DNA of 64,000 nucleotides from an uncultured Collinsella sp. GTDB taxonomy: Bacteria; Actinomycetota; Coriobacteriia; Coriobacteriales; Coriobacteriaceae. The notes beneath the pieces were generated by a model that saw nothing but the letters and a program-made list of their open reading frames with translations, was not told the DNA's origin and made no database searches. The stretch is from positions 1,577 through 65,576 of the forward strand of contig CATYSO010000012.1 in assembly GCA_958412345.1 (NCBI GenBank). Reading direction: 5' to 3'. The position numbers and the translations under genes were made by a program. How positions within the stretch are numbered: position 1 is the stretch's first letter; every line of letters begins with the position of its first letter. This document shows, piece after piece, positions 62,014 through 64,000 of this stretch.

Positions 62014-64000
62014 TTAAACGGTCTGTTTAATCTCAACGCAAACTAAATCCAAATCGGAAATTGCATTGATTTTATAACTAGCATCGCGGTCGTAAACAAA
62101 GGAAACGCCAGGATGCAGTTCAATCTCTCGATTGTCCGTCTCTAAATATCCAGTTCCGTCAGCCACGACTAAACACGAATAGACGTTAGTCAGAGAAGCG
62201 CAGTCGATTGATTCCGATTGTTTTACCTGGATTCTTTTAATTTCGCCCTTTGACTGACCAGCCGATTGATGGGAATCCAAAACGCTATAACGCCCCCACG
62301 ATGACGATTCAACCATTGGACAGTCACGGGCAGCCGACGAGACGAGCTCCTTTATATGGGCGCTCTCCTCCTTACCTGAAACAAGAATGCCATCCTGGGT
62401 AGCAACTACAACAGAATCACTTAGTCCAGCAATGACCATCGGCAGGCTAGTCTCATTGATAACATGAACGTTGTTACACGTATTCCAGTCGACGGATGCT
62501 TCCCCCGAAACAGCAGCGTCCATTTCATCCGTGAGCGTATTCCATGTTCCCAAGTCTTTCCAAGTACCGGAATAAGAAATTACGCCAATCCTCTTAGCTT
62601 TTTCAACAATCTCATAGTCAAAACTGGTTTTCGGAAAGAGTCCATAGTGGGACAGCATGTCTTCATAATTAGAAGGAACATAATATTTTTCAATTGTTTC
62701 ATGAAGAAACCTGAGCTTAAAACCAAACACGCCACAGTTCCAGAGCGCATTTGCGGATATATATTCCTTTGCCGTTTTCTCGTCAGGCTTTTCCCTAAAG
62801 GACAGAACGTCCTTCACGCCATCTTTCTCTGATTCTGCCGGAAGGATATAACCGTATTTCTCAGAAGGATAGGTTGGTTCCACTCCAAGCAGAATAAGAT
62901 CTTTATTGGAGGCGGTAATCGCCTTGGCTAACTGAGGAATTTTGTCGTAATAAGCTTGGTCGGCAAAAGTGTCAATTGGCATTACGACAACAGGGTCATC
63001 ATCGGAAGCCCCTTGTTCTAACAACAAATTTGCGCACGCAAGCATGATGGCAGGTGCGGTATCTCGTCTTTCAGGCTCAGTAACCAGCGAATACTGGCTC
63101 GGAATTTGCATCGATAGACTATCAGCCTGCACCGAGCTTGTAGCAATAGTTATATCGATTGTGGCATCGACTTTGCAAATCTGCGAATAGACGCGTTGAA
63201 CCATGGAGATATGGTTGCCATTCTGATCTCTCAAAACCTTTAAAAACTGTTTCGATCTTGCAGAGTTCGATAGGGGCCAAAGACGAGTCCCCGATCCGCC
63301 AGAAAGCAGAATTACATGAATATTCTTTTTACTCACTTGTTTAATCCTATCGTCAACAAGTGCAGATACGTTACTAACGAGCTCATCCAATGAATCACGG
63401 CAAACTTTTTTCGAATCTCCCCGCGCGAAGACATAAACTTTGAGCTTCGGTTCAGTTCCGGAAGGACGAAGTATCACCTTTGCTTCCCCCTCTAGACATA
63501 ATTCAATTACATTAGATGGCGGGAGTGTTTCATCGCTCAAACATCTGTGCCCATTGCGAATAGATGGACCAAAAATACCATGGCTATAGTCATTAATGTG
63601 CTCCACCTTCAAACCACCTATGCTGGCGAGGGCAGAATTCCTAAAACTATTAACCACATAGTTAATTATGTTATTACCTTTGGTTCCTTCCAGCGTCCAA
63701 TTAATCTGCTTGTTCAGCGAGTATCCAAAGCGAGCATATAGATCTTCGAGAGCATCAAACAAGGTCATGCCCTTACGCTTATAAAAAGAAGCCATTTCGC
63801 AGGTCAGCGCAACTGCATTAATGCCATCTTTATCTCGAACATAAGAGCCCTTAAGGTATCCACAGCTCTCTTCAAAGCCAAACATGAACCGGTTGGCTTC
63901 GCCCTTCGCCTCGAGAGAGTCGATTTGCTCACCGACATATTTAAAACCAGTGAGAGTTCTACGGAGTTCAATTCCATAGTTCAGCGCAATTGAATCTGCG
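62014..64000 (-). CDS. Phosphomannomutase/phosphoglucomutase fused to mannose-1-phosphate guanylyltransferase plus cupin (5' end outside the window)
   Basis: Frame is open to the window end. PMM/PGM motifs TLTGFKY, FGFEESCGY, RDKDG and RPSGTEPKLK are followed by ManC-like motifs LSGGSGTRLWPLS, SKQFL, EPERRDTAPA, YGYI, FREKP and WKDLGTW. Confidence 0.85.
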   Translation of the reverse strand, partial: ADSIALNYGIELRRTLTGFKYVGEQIDSLEAKGEANRFMFGFEESCGYLKGSYVRDKDGINAVALTCEMASFYKRKGMTLFDALEDLYARFGYSLNKQINWTLEGTKGNNIINYVVNSFRNSALASIGGLKVEHINDYSHGIFGPSIRNGHRCLSDETLPPSNVIELCLEGEAKVILRPSGTEPKLKVYVFARGDSKKVCRDSLDELVSNVSALVDDRIKQVSKKNIHVILLSGGSGTRLWPLSNSARSKQFLKVLRDQNGNHISMVQRVYSQICKVDATIDITIATSSVQADSLSMQIPSQYSLVTEPERRDTAPAIMLACANLLLEQGASDDDPVVVMPIDTFADQAYYDKIPQLAKAITASNKDLILLGVEPTYPSEKYGYILPAESEKDGVKDVLSFREKPDEKTAKEYISANALWNCGVFGFKLRFLHETIEKYYVPSNYEDMLSHYGLFPKTSFDYEIVEKAKRIGVISYSGTWKDLGTWNTLTDEMDAAVSGEASVDWNTCNNVHVINETSLPMVIAGLSDSVVVATQDGILVSGKEESAHIKELVSSAARDCPMVESSSWGRYSVLDSHQSAGQSKGEIKRIQVKQSESIDCASLTNVYSCLVVADGTGYLETDNREIELHPGVSFVYDRDASYKINAISDLDLVCVEIKQTV

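Overview
Bacterial chromosome segment with a GC-rich core. The gene content (glyQ/glyS, mreBCD-pbp2-rodA, TIGR03960 radical SAM, Clostridium-like aro operon) suggests Coriobacteriia, probably Collinsella-like; this is an inference. Positions 1-26.6 kb hold housekeeping genes: glyQS, lepB, trmD-rimM-khpA-rpsP, dinB, rsfS-yqeK-nadD-obg, rpmA-rplU, a radical SAM pair, the elongasome cluster, a TPR protein, cyclophilin, a P-type ATPase and tRNA-Arg(CCG). Positions 26.7-35.3 kb are a complete shikimate/Phe/Tyr operon. Positions 35.3-64 kb are a mosaic rhamnose-type cell-surface polysaccharide locus with Wzm/Wzt, several GT2 and GT-C-like side-chain systems, rml genes, a Tll-like reductase and a phosphomannomutase-GDP-mannose pyrophosphorylase fusion. 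The most notable feature is an AT-richer four-gene island (47158-49482) between rfbA and rfbB. It carries (i) a split or heterodimeric ABC-ATPase/TOPRIM-like pair and (ii) a small alarmone synthetase-like gene with a coupled 77-aa partner. A duplicated fragment of the rfbA 3' end separates the two pairs, so the island may be a hotspot for defence or toxin-antitoxin cassettes. A family of REP-like intergenic palindromes with a GGGAC(A/G)GG core is also present. All family assignments come from motif recognition by eye; no database searches were run.
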